Source: Candidatus Omnitrophota bacterium (lineage in GTDB: Bacteria > Omnitrophota > Omnitrophia > Omnitrophales > JACROU01). Taken from it: a stretch of 64,000 bases of DNA. Location: the NCBI GenBank assembly GCA_029261035.1, contig JAJDCD010000005.1:91516-155515 (forward strand), read 5' to 3'. Position 1 is the stretch's first letter; each line of letters begins with the position of its first letter. Below, piece after piece: positions 29,880-39,631 of the stretch. The position numbers and the translations under genes were made by a program. The notes beneath the pieces are model-generated. The model had not been told where the DNA came from and did no database searches. It saw nothing but the letters and a program-made list of their open reading frames with translations.

Positions 29880-32800
29880 ATGACGTTAAAGTCTTTTCAA
29901 AAATCTCAGATTTTTGTTCGTTCTATAAGTATGCTAGTTCTGTCTGTCTTTTTGTTAGACTCTACGGTACAGGCCAGTCAGCTTAGTGTTCTTTCTCAGC
30001 AAGCTCCTTTAATTGTTGCTCCCAAGTATTTAAAATTACCTAATATTATTCCATCAGCAGAAGTAGCTCAGGTGGACGATTACTTCCTAAATGATTTATC
30101 TCACAAACCTATTCTTTATTTAATTCAAGATGCTCATGAGAGCTTAGACGCTCAGAAAAATATATATCAACTTTTAAAAATGTTAGTTCAAGAACGCGGA
30201 GTAAAAAAGGTTTATTTTGAGGGGGGAGCTACAGAATTAGATAAATCTTTTTATCAGTTTTCCAATAAGCCAAAGTTAAATCAAGATGTCTGGGAAGCCT
30301 TATTTGAATCAGGAGAGATGAATGGTGTTGAGTTTTACTCTACACAAGCGCCTGAGTATGTTCGTTTTTTAGGTGTTGAAGATGAATCATTGTATTTTGA
30401 AAATGTTTATGCCTTGAAAAAGGTATTTGATCTTCAAGATTTAACAAAAGAAAGATTAAATGAGGTAGAGCGGAAAATAGAGAATCTTAAGGGGGTTCAT
30501 TTAACCGGAGACTTGAAAAAAGTTTGGGATCTTCAGCAAAGCTTCGATAAAAAGCATATTGATTTATTTCAGTATGCAAACGAAGTGAGTCGTTGGACTG
30601 AGAAAGAGTTGCGTCTGGATATGTCTCAGGTTAGAAATCAGGATGCATGGCCTCAGTTGGTTCGTTTACAGCAAATCCGTATTTTAGAACAAGGAATACA
30701 ACAATCTCAAAAGGCCTTGCGCGTAGAGCTTCAATTGATTCAAGAAAGAAATAGAGGGGAAGTATTCCAACCATTTTCATTTTTATGGAACCCACAACAG
30801 CATGCTTTAGCTCAAGGGCATTTGAGATGGTATTTTGAAAAGTGTCTAGATCTCTTGAAAAAAAATAATCAATCTTTTAGTAAAGATTATCCACACCTAG
30901 AAAGCTGGATTGGTTTTCATATACTTAAAGATGAAATAAAAGCTTCAGATTTATTTAACGAGATTCAAGTATTGACGAATAAAGTTATTGAAAATATAGA
31001 AGTTTCCAATAACAGCAAATCTTTTTTGAGTTGGCTTCAGAAATGGAATTTATTTCAGAAATTAATCTTGGTTAAACTAAATAAAGAAGAGTGGCTTCAG
31101 ATTTTAAATCAAGAAGAAGCGTATGACCCTGTTAAACTATTAAATAATCCAGAATACTTCCAAGAACCTATTGAGAGTCTGGATATACTTCATCAACTTT
31201 ATCAAGAATCCCTTCAGAATTACCATTGTGTTACCCAAAGAGATCAGACTCTTTTTAATAAGATGATTCAAGACATTACTGCAAGTCCATCAGATTCCGT
31301 TTTGGTCATGGGAGGTTTTCATTCAGACGCCGTAAAAGCCTTGTTGAAACAAGAAAGGCAAAGCTTTGTTGTTTTTAATCCTGGAATTAAAGACTTGTCT
31401 CATACATTAGATTACAAATCCTTAATGACAAGAAACTCTATAAGTTCAATGAAGGAAGTTTCCCGAGATCAGGTAGCGGTTCCTTATGAAGCGGCATTTG
31501 GTGCAGATTCAAAAAATATCATTCCTTACCAAGAAGCTGTTCGTCAGCAAGCTCAGATTGCCTTGGCCGCAAGTTTAGGAAAAGTGAAGCATGGTGATGA
31601 GCCCTGGTTATCCGCTTTTGTTGCCATTGAATCCTTGATTGATGAGAATGATGTGATTTTTAGACTTGTATTTGAAGACGAATTTACAACGGAATTCCTC
31701 AAAGAAACATTAAGAAATATTTCAGACTCTTCACAAAGAAGGCTTCAAATTGATTCTGCTCATTTACTCAAAACATTTCTTATAACTACTTATGAAGAAA
31801 ACCATGATATCCTTGCCCCCAATTTCAGAGAATGGCTAGAGGAATTCAAAGGTTTGGCGAATGAACTTTATTCTAGAATTATGGAAATTTCAGATGCAGA
31901 GAATATTGCGGGCTTCTTAGAGAAAGGGCTCTTAAGTCAATATGACTCTAAGGGCACAACGACTGATATTGCAAAATTTAATGGGATTATGGATTTGGCA
32001 GGTATTGTTCAGGGAATGAATTCTCCTGTTAGAGATATTTATTCAGCAAGTCGTATAACAAATTTACTTTCTCCAGAAGTTCTTTTCTCTCATTCTGTAG
32101 TTCAAGGTCTGGATTTTGTTCAAGATGGAGAAGAGGTTGTAATCTATCATGAAGAAATTGATGATGAAGACGGAAATATTTTATTTTTTATTTTTATTAT
32201 TGATCAAACAATAGAACAAGGGGATGTTAAATCTACCCAAAGACGTGATTTCTTAATGAGCACCGTAACGGGTGATGTAATTCCTCTTGCTGTGGGGCAC
32301 GAGGATATTTTCTGGACAGAAGAAGATCAGTTACTACATGTCTTATATCCTCCGAATTTGGAAATTACTTATGACGTATTTTTGAAGCTGGATGATGGTG
32401 GGTTCGAGCCATTAAAGGCGCCTTATACAGCAAATAGTTTGGGGGCTTCAGCAGAGGATGGATCTGATCTTTCAAAGCAAGAGCGACTTAAACTACGACG
32501 TAATACTTTAAAATCTGTTTTAGACGATTTGATTGAGGATAAGACCTTTGTTACTTCATGGGGATTAGTTGGTGTTTTAGTGGAAAGAATTCTGGAGAAA
32601 GAACCTCGTTTAGCACAATTTGTGAATCGAAAACTTATTACAAATGACTTAAAGAAACCTGGAATTAAAGATAAATATACTAATTTAAGGAAGTTAATTA
32701 ACAAAAGAAAGGAGTCTTTGTCTGTTGCTGATATATCCTTAAAGACCAATACCATTACAGATGTGCGAAGAGCCTTGATGAAGCAGATTCTTTCCGAAAT

Positions 32801-35800
32801 TGAAGCATCAAATGCTGGGTTAGCAGTAGGAGATCAAGTTAAGTTAACCTCTCATCAACTCTTAGAAATGATGATTCAGAGAAAGCCTGAGTTAAAAGAA
32901 AAAATACGTTTAGATGCAACTCAAAATGATATTGCAAGAGGGATTATAAAAAGCTCAGCGCTATTGACGTATAAGAAACAACCTAAAATTAAAGAAGGTT
33001 TTGATTACACAGCTGTAGCCACAATGAAACAGATATTAGATGAATGGGGAGAGTTGCCAGCTAAAGGAGAAGAGTTATTAGAGCGATTATGGATGATTCA
33101 ACCAAAAGGACTTAGCAATAAGATTGAAATTCCTGCCTTCTATGAATTGGTAGAAAACATACCGTATATCTATTTTCATCCTAATTATACTGCTAGGAGA
33201 TATCGCACGGATAGCAGGAGTATAAATGACTTAAGAAGGACGATACGTAGATTGCTTAATTCGAATAAGGTTTTAACTCCTTTTCAAGTTTGGGAGCAAT
33301 TGAAGAAGAAATCTAAATTTAGAGACTTGTTTTATGTTGATTTCAATCGTGCTTTTCAGGAAGAAGCTTTTCCAGGTCAATTTGAAGAAATGACTCGAGA
33401 GCAAGCTGTTAATGAAATGGTGAGGTGGATACTAAATAGAGGTGTTTTTCAATATAGAATGACGGACCTTCATCAATCGCTTGAAACTGTTTTTGGTATG
33501 AAAATTACTCTTAAAGAGGTTCGGAAAGCTGTTCAAACAAATCAAGAGCTTTACTACCATAAAAGATTTGATGCTGGTAGAGAAAGAAGAGAGCTAATTA
33601 AAACAATTCTAGTGGATTCTGAAGATATCTGGTCTATTTCTTATAGTGCGCTTTTTACATTGTTGACAACGGATTTATTTGATGAGGAAGGTCTTCTTAG
33701 CAGGCTTTCTTTTAAAAAGCTAACAAAAAAACAATTGAATTTAGATTTAGAGATATTGGGAATAGACGATACGAACTCAAGATTGACTTATGTGGATTCT
33801 GGAACTGTAAAACCTTTTGATTATGCAGAGACTAGGGTCTTTGTAGAGGATGTGCTCACTATATTAAACGGAAACAGAAACTTAGAGTTGCAGCAAATTT
33901 TCAAAAAACTTCGAAGAGAGTTTCCTCGCAATGAAATTTATCAAAGGTTGACACTCCAAACATTTAGAAGAGAGTTCACCAACTCTCCTCAACTAGTGCT
34001 GCATCGTAGATATTTACTGCCAAGAGTCAAATATAAGCAAGATCGAACTTTACGTAGAGAGCTTTTAAGGGTGCTTGATGAGTATCCTCGATTGTCTCGA
34101 TATGGTCTTTGGTCTCGTTTACGTCAAAGAAAAGGTTTTGAAAATATTCCTTACTATAGAATTAGACCTTTTTTTGAGTCTGGGAGTGTAGATGATTTAG
34201 AAATTGTAGAGCATAAGAGATTTGGTAATGAGAATGAACGAGGATATATCCGAACTTTTGTGATTTGGATTTTGGATAATGTACCAGTGAAACGAAAGGT
34301 TGTTGTAGGAGATATTCAACAAGCTTTACTTTATGGTTTTGATATTAATGTAACTAGAGAGTTAATTCGGGGTTCAATTTTTCATTCAAGAGACGGATTG
34401 CATTCAGATAATAGGATGGATATAGATCAAGAAAGAAAAGAAATTTTAATTGATTATTTTTCAGATTATAACCTGCAGACAATTTCATTAAGCCAATTAC
34501 AATCTGATCTAAGAGGATTGGCTCAATACCTTGATTTTAGCGATGAAGTTATTTTAGCGGATCTTGAAGCTGTTGGGCTTCTGGACAGAGTTACGCTTGA
34601 AACGGCAACTTTGACGACTGATGGGTCAGAGGTCACTGTGACAGATCCTTTAGATAGTTCTGGTAATACAGTAAGAACTTTAGGGGCTGCTCCAGAAATT
34701 GAGTTAGGAGAGGGGGGTAGCGAAACTCGATTTAGAGTTCGGGATTTAGTTTTAGAAGGAAAAAGAGAACGGCCAGATACAGCCAGTCATTTTGGGTATG
34801 CTCGCATGAATGACGAAGTGATTTCTGCTAGAAGAAGAGAGATGATGAGAATATTAAATGAAGCGCAAGAGCTTGAAGTCCCAATTGGACCTAGAGAATT
34901 GTGGGATTCATTAAGAAGTAGGCCTGGTTTTGAACTTTCTACACTGGCAACTGTATTTTATGATTTAAAACGTATTCCGGAATTGGGTAATCATCCTGGA
35001 AGGAGAAGGGTAGATCGTTTAACTCTCCAAGAGCATGATGATTCTGATGAGAGCTTAATGAGAAAATTAACAGATAGAGTTATGTCTGAAATCACAAGTT
35101 GGAATTTGTTTAGAAGCAATGAAGACAAGCTCTTTCTGACCCCTGAAGAATTATATGATGTTATTATTGAAGCTCATAACTCTTTGGCAGAACGTTTAGG
35201 TCTAGAGCAATTTGTTGCATTTATTTCGGAGGAAAATATTAACTACCAATATCTTGTCGAGAGAAAAAGTTTTTCTGAATTAGAAACTCGTTACCAGGTT
35301 CTAGCGGTTACTTTATTGGTAGACTATTTAAATGAAGAAGGGACCTCACCGGCTAGTATTGAAGAGCACTTTTTAAAGTTAAAGTCCATTGATCCAGATT
35401 TGTTTTCGAGCATTGAAAGCGCATCATTTTTCTCTATTTGGGCTCAGTTCCCACAGCTTAATTATCATCCTAAAATACAAGGGAATAATCGATCTCAATT
35501 GGGATTAGATGAAATAGAGCTTCGGCAATTACAATATAGAATTTCAGGTCGCCTTAATGCTGCTGAACGACCTTTGACATCTCTAGATTTGCAACAGGCG
35601 CTACGAATTGTTAATGGGATGGAAATTGAATTGTCAGAACTGCAAGAAGAACTGCGTTCTCCTGAAAATAGAACGAACTTCTTTGAGCATCCAAATTTTG
35701 ATTCTGGTTATGAACAAAGATTAATGCTTGCTGAAGTGTGGGCAGGTGCTGATGGAATTATGTCTGAGCTTGAATTGTATGAGGAATTCTTTCAACGTTT

Positions 35801-38800
35801 TGGAATGTTACTTACTTTTCCAGAGTTTGAGAACCTTCTTGAAGTAAATAGTGATTTGTTTATTGATTACAGACAAATTGCTAGCTCTGGTAAGGCAAGG
35901 GTGCTACGCATTATGACAAAGGTTTTGGACTATTCAGAACGTTCTCTAACTTATAGAGATCTTCAAGCAATTCTTAAAGAAAAATTCAGTATTTATTTGG
36001 TACCAGCGTATCTTTATAACATCATTACAGAGAAAAATTCATTATCTTATTCTATTGTGAACCATCCAAAATATACTTTCCTTTCAGTGGGTCAACAAGA
36101 AGAAACTCACAAAGACGAAGTCTTTCAAGGGTTTTTAGGTCGCAGGGTGTATGAAGCCCTTTTCGTTACCAATACACGAATTACTACAATTGCTGATATC
36201 AGGGAATTGATTAAGCGAGGATATGTCGTTGGAGAAAGGTCGGATGAAGAAGTAGATCAAGCAATTAAGAATTATATTAATCAATCTATTTTGTTTAGGA
36301 ATGGACAAGGCCAATTTATAGGCCATTCGAACTTACTCGTTGATCTTGATTTTGTTGAACCAACTCGCCCTGGATATGATCAAACCATAACAGAGGCCGA
36401 AGTGGATCTGAGATTTGTGAATGAAGAGGTTGTTGAAGTAGTTACACAGGGACCTTCTGAAGTTAGAAAGATAAAACAAGCAGAAAAAACTAAGCTTGTT
36501 GTAGCTGGTATTTTGGCCATACTGAATGAGGTAGCGGAAGAACAAAAGTATAAGCATGCTGTAGAAAAAAGATTACTTAATGCTAATGATATTGCCGCTC
36601 TTTTAAAAGAACGTTCCCCTGAGCTTTTGCCATCTACGCGAACCCGAAATAATGAAATTTTTCATTATATTTATTCAAATGAGTCTCTTTATCATCATCC
36701 AATGTATGTTAGGCCTTTGAGATCTGGAGAAATTCTAACTGCGGCAGTATCTATTTTAGAGAAAAGTGAAAAAAAATTAGGCTCTTTTGATTTGTGGTTG
36801 GAATTAAGAGATTCTCCAGCTCTTCAAAATATTTCTTTTCGGGACTTTAAAAGAGCTATGAAAAACAGGGATGATCAATTTGATTTGTTTGAAAATTTCA
36901 AACCTTTAAGTGAGTCAGATGAATTAGAAAATGCTTTGCTTTTTATGGATGAATTGACTGCAAATAAAGATTTTTTAGAAATAAAAGGAATGTTAAGAAA
37001 CTTCTTTGATATTGACGCTACACCGGAGTCGATAGTTCGACTGTTAGGGCAAGGTATTGAAATAGATATTGATAACGCATTGAAACAAAGATATTTTGAG
37101 GACTTTATTTCTTTTCAAGTAGGTGGCGGGTATGGGTTAACTTTTGTCGGGGTTTTGAAAGCTTTGGAAGAAAGTTATGGTTGGGAATTGAGAGAAGAAG
37201 AATTGATCAACGTTATTCAAACAAGTTCTAATTTAAGTGTATATAAATATTTCTCGCCACGACTGATTGTTGCTATAGAAGCTAAAAGAATACTAGATAG
37301 GTCGGATAGAAAGATTACTATTGAAGAAATTCATCAACGGATGAAAGAGCGACTTCCTGATGTCAAAAGTATTCATAATGATAATGCTTTAAGCCTTTTA
37401 GACTTTATGATGGAAAGAGACCTTGTTGGTTTATATCACCACCCAAAATTTAAGTCGAAGGATTCTGTAACTATAGAGAAACTGTGGGAAGAATTTAACC
37501 AATTAAATATTTCAGAAATTACAGGAAGTGATTCTGTAAGCATATCCAAGACAAATAAGGATAGAGTTTTGATTGTTACATCTTATAGTCCAAAGCAAGT
37601 AAGACAACGTACTATTTTAGAGGAGTTAGATATTAAATACAACCAGCCTATTCCTGAAAATGCTTGGACTGGATTAAGAAGAGATATGACGGCGGCAGAA
37701 GTATTGAGTGCTATAAAAGAAAAATTTGGAGTTGTTGTTTCCCCCGCAGAATTTAGAAGAATAGCTCTTAGAAAATCTGGTAGTACATCTGACCTGTTAG
37801 CGCATACGCGTTATATGGGTTACATCAACGAAAGAAGGTTAAGGATTAAACAGGTTTTAGACAGGAAAAAAGTAACTCGATTTAGGCTTATGCCTAGTGA
37901 TATTGCGAGAGAAATTTTAGATGAGTTTCAGATATCTGCAACTACAACAGATATTATGAAGGATTTGATTGTTATTGATGGTGGATCTTATATTCATCAT
38001 CCAAATTTTCTACATCAGAGAGAAGTAGTTCAAGCCAAGAAAGATGCTGTAAGAGAGTTGTTGATAGAAATAGCCAATGGAAGAGATGCTGTAGATGTTA
38101 AATTTAGTACTCTTATACCAAAGCTGAAAAATCTATATGGTTTTGAGGTGGCTCTTCGAAGTTTGGAAAAGATTTTTAGAGATAGTAAAAATTACTATGA
38201 TTTTAGAATTAGTCGTCAACAAGGAGATATGACGGCTCATATTCAAAAGTTTAAAACTGATGAGCCTCAAGCGCAACCAACGAAGCCGACTGTTGAAAGA
38301 GCGGAAGCATCTAGTTTGGGTGCAGCAATTAACCGAGATGATGTAATTCGTTTTGAAGAAAGTTACGATGTGACTTTGGAAAGTGTTTTAGATATTATTT
38401 CGGCAACACGGGAAGTATTGGGGCCTGATTTAAGAGACTACTTTCCTTATATTTACAAACAAATGTTAGCAGCACTTGAAAAAGAATCTGAGGTGCAAGT
38501 GCCTGCTTTGGTTGTTGCAGGGGAGGTAAGTCCTGAAGCGGTGCTGGTGCAAGTTAAATCAAATACAACGTTTGTTATTTACTATCAAGACGAAAGTTAT
38601 CCAGAGCAAATTGCTGTTGTAGCAGAAGAATTGATTCAATCAGGATTGATTGCCAGAGAAGATATAGATTCTCATATTCATTTGGTTTCTTTAAGTGATT
38701 TAGGTATTACAGAGCTTGAATTTTATGAACAATTATTTGATGGAGAAAAACTAACAGGTAAGAACCTTGCGCGCATTGCAAATGACGCGGGTATTTACAA

Positions 38801-39116
38801 ATTAAGAGAGCATACAGTATGGTTAGATTCCTCAGAGCGCATTCAAACTGTGATGGAAGATATGCTTGTCCCTTTTGGTCTACCATTTGAAGCAGAGCGC
38901 CGGGATTCTCTTTTAAAAGAGAATCGTGCTTACTATGACATGATTAAATTGACTTTGGCCTCTGCTTTATCTAGAAATCCTAACGCTTTAGTTGAACGGG
39001 GATATGTCATCTTTAAAAATAACCGCTACCAAATGACTGACTCCTTCATCGCTTCATACCTCGAAGGAATCTTGACCCAAGAACGAGTACAAGACCTCAT
39101 TGCCAGCATGGCATAA
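29880..39116 (+). CDS. Giant modular protein 1 (3078 aa): signal peptide, QDAH domain, unknown module, tandem winged-HTH-like repeats, conserved C-terminal domain
   Basis: Uninterrupted ORF; N- and C-terminal homology to the 45670 ORF; xxSLG linkers at about aa 563, 851 and 2810. Confidence 0.88.
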   Translation: MTLKSFQKSQIFVRSISMLVLSVFLLDSTVQASQLSVLSQQAPLIVAPKYLKLPNIIPSAEVAQVDDYFLNDLSHKPILYLIQDAHESLDAQKNIYQLLKMLVQERGVKKVYFEGGATELDKSFYQFSNKPKLNQDVWEALFESGEMNGVEFYSTQAPEYVRFLGVEDESLYFENVYALKKVFDLQDLTKERLNEVERKIENLKGVHLTGDLKKVWDLQQSFDKKHIDLFQYANEVSRWTEKELRLDMSQVRNQDAWPQLVRLQQIRILEQGIQQSQKALRVELQLIQERNRGEVFQPFSFLWNPQQHALAQGHLRWYFEKCLDLLKKNNQSFSKDYPHLESWIGFHILKDEIKASDLFNEIQVLTNKVIENIEVSNNSKSFLSWLQKWNLFQKLILVKLNKEEWLQILNQEEAYDPVKLLNNPEYFQEPIESLDILHQLYQESLQNYHCVTQRDQTLFNKMIQDITASPSDSVLVMGGFHSDAVKALLKQERQSFVVFNPGIKDLSHTLDYKSLMTRNSISSMKEVSRDQVAVPYEAAFGADSKNIIPYQEAVRQQAQIALAASLGKVKHGDEPWLSAFVAIESLIDENDVIFRLVFEDEFTTEFLKETLRNISDSSQRRLQIDSAHLLKTFLITTYEENHDILAPNFREWLEEFKGLANELYSRIMEISDAENIAGFLEKGLLSQYDSKGTTTDIAKFNGIMDLAGIVQGMNSPVRDIYSASRITNLLSPEVLFSHSVVQGLDFVQDGEEVVIYHEEIDDEDGNILFFIFIIDQTIEQGDVKSTQRRDFLMSTVTGDVIPLAVGHEDIFWTEEDQLLHVLYPPNLEITYDVFLKLDDGGFEPLKAPYTANSLGASAEDGSDLSKQERLKLRRNTLKSVLDDLIEDKTFVTSWGLVGVLVERILEKEPRLAQFVNRKLITNDLKKPGIKDKYTNLRKLINKRKESLSVADISLKTNTITDVRRALMKQILSEIEASNAGLAVGDQVKLTSHQLLEMMIQRKPELKEKIRLDATQNDIARGIIKSSALLTYKKQPKIKEGFDYTAVATMKQILDEWGELPAKGEELLERLWMIQPKGLSNKIEIPAFYELVENIPYIYFHPNYTARRYRTDSRSINDLRRTIRRLLNSNKVLTPFQVWEQLKKKSKFRDLFYVDFNRAFQEEAFPGQFEEMTREQAVNEMVRWILNRGVFQYRMTDLHQSLETVFGMKITLKEVRKAVQTNQELYYHKRFDAGRERRELIKTILVDSEDIWSISYSALFTLLTTDLFDEEGLLSRLSFKKLTKKQLNLDLEILGIDDTNSRLTYVDSGTVKPFDYAETRVFVEDVLTILNGNRNLELQQIFKKLRREFPRNEIYQRLTLQTFRREFTNSPQLVLHRRYLLPRVKYKQDRTLRRELLRVLDEYPRLSRYGLWSRLRQRKGFENIPYYRIRPFFESGSVDDLEIVEHKRFGNENERGYIRTFVIWILDNVPVKRKVVVGDIQQALLYGFDINVTRELIRGSIFHSRDGLHSDNRMDIDQERKEILIDYFSDYNLQTISLSQLQSDLRGLAQYLDFSDEVILADLEAVGLLDRVTLETATLTTDGSEVTVTDPLDSSGNTVRTLGAAPEIELGEGGSETRFRVRDLVLEGKRERPDTASHFGYARMNDEVISARRREMMRILNEAQELEVPIGPRELWDSLRSRPGFELSTLATVFYDLKRIPELGNHPGRRRVDRLTLQEHDDSDESLMRKLTDRVMSEITSWNLFRSNEDKLFLTPEELYDVIIEAHNSLAERLGLEQFVAFISEENINYQYLVERKSFSELETRYQVLAVTLLVDYLNEEGTSPASIEEHFLKLKSIDPDLFSSIESASFFSIWAQFPQLNYHPKIQGNNRSQLGLDEIELRQLQYRISGRLNAAERPLTSLDLQQALRIVNGMEIELSELQEELRSPENRTNFFEHPNFDSGYEQRLMLAEVWAGADGIMSELELYEEFFQRFGMLLTFPEFENLLEVNSDLFIDYRQIASSGKARVLRIMTKVLDYSERSLTYRDLQAILKEKFSIYLVPAYLYNIITEKNSLSYSIVNHPKYTFLSVGQQEETHKDEVFQGFLGRRVYEALFVTNTRITTIADIRELIKRGYVVGERSDEEVDQAIKNYINQSILFRNGQGQFIGHSNLLVDLDFVEPTRPGYDQTITEAEVDLRFVNEEVVEVVTQGPSEVRKIKQAEKTKLVVAGILAILNEVAEEQKYKHAVEKRLLNANDIAALLKERSPELLPSTRTRNNEIFHYIYSNESLYHHPMYVRPLRSGEILTAAVSILEKSEKKLGSFDLWLELRDSPALQNISFRDFKRAMKNRDDQFDLFENFKPLSESDELENALLFMDELTANKDFLEIKGMLRNFFDIDATPESIVRLLGQGIEIDIDNALKQRYFEDFISFQVGGGYGLTFVGVLKALEESYGWELREEELINVIQTSSNLSVYKYFSPRLIVAIEAKRILDRSDRKITIEEIHQRMKERLPDVKSIHNDNALSLLDFMMERDLVGLYHHPKFKSKDSVTIEKLWEEFNQLNISEITGSDSVSISKTNKDRVLIVTSYSPKQVRQRTILEELDIKYNQPIPENAWTGLRRDMTAAEVLSAIKEKFGVVVSPAEFRRIALRKSGSTSDLLAHTRYMGYINERRLRIKQVLDRKKVTRFRLMPSDIAREILDEFQISATTTDIMKDLIVIDGGSYIHHPNFLHQREVVQAKKDAVRELLIEIANGRDAVDVKFSTLIPKLKNLYGFEVALRSLEKIFRDSKNYYDFRISRQQGDMTAHIQKFKTDEPQAQPTKPTVERAEASSLGAAINRDDVIRFEESYDVTLESVLDIISATREVLGPDLRDYFPYIYKQMLAALEKESEVQVPALVVAGEVSPEAVLVQVKSNTTFVIYYQDESYPEQIAVVAEELIQSGLIAREDIDSHIHLVSLSDLGITELEFYEQLFDGEKLTGKNLARIANDAGIYKLREHTVWLDSSERIQTVMEDMLVPFGLPFEAERRDSLLKENRAYYDMIKLTLASALSRNPNALVERGYVIFKNNRYQMTDSFIASYLEGILTQERVQDLIASMA

Positions 39117-39317
39117 CGACAAAATACGCAGGTTCGTCATGCGCTACAAATAGGCGTGTCCGGCAAACGTCAGCATCTATCTTTTTTTAATAATAGATTA
39201 CCACAGCAAAAAAGTTTCTTATTTAAAGTCTATTTCCACTCATTTGGGTCCGGGCCCGAACGACTAAGGAAATTCTGTCATCTTTGAGCCTAAGCGAAGG
39301 ATGACAAGATTTTTTCC

Positions 39318-39367
39318 AAACAGGCCCGGGCCTCTTTTTTTCGAAAAAAGTAGGCCCGGGCCTGTTT
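39318..39367. repeat. REP-like palindrome between giant genes, copy 1
   Basis: aaacaggcccgggcct-ctttttttcgaaaaaagt-aggcccgggcctgttt. Confidence 0.85.
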
Positions 39368-39631
39368 ACGTATTTACGGTTAGGTAAAAAAGGGCATATT
39401 TGACTTAAATTGTTTATTTATATCTATTTAAATTTCAGAATCTTAAAATTCCTTCATTTTTTTCGATTTTCCTCATAATTAGTACTTGAAATATAAAGTC
39501 TATAGGGTAGAATTACGTCTAAATTATCCTTTGTTAAAGTATTAAAAAAATATAATTTTTCTCAAAGGTTCTCACATTAGCTTAAAGGAGTAAGCGAATA
39601 TAATACGACAACAAAGAAAGGGACCGCTCCC

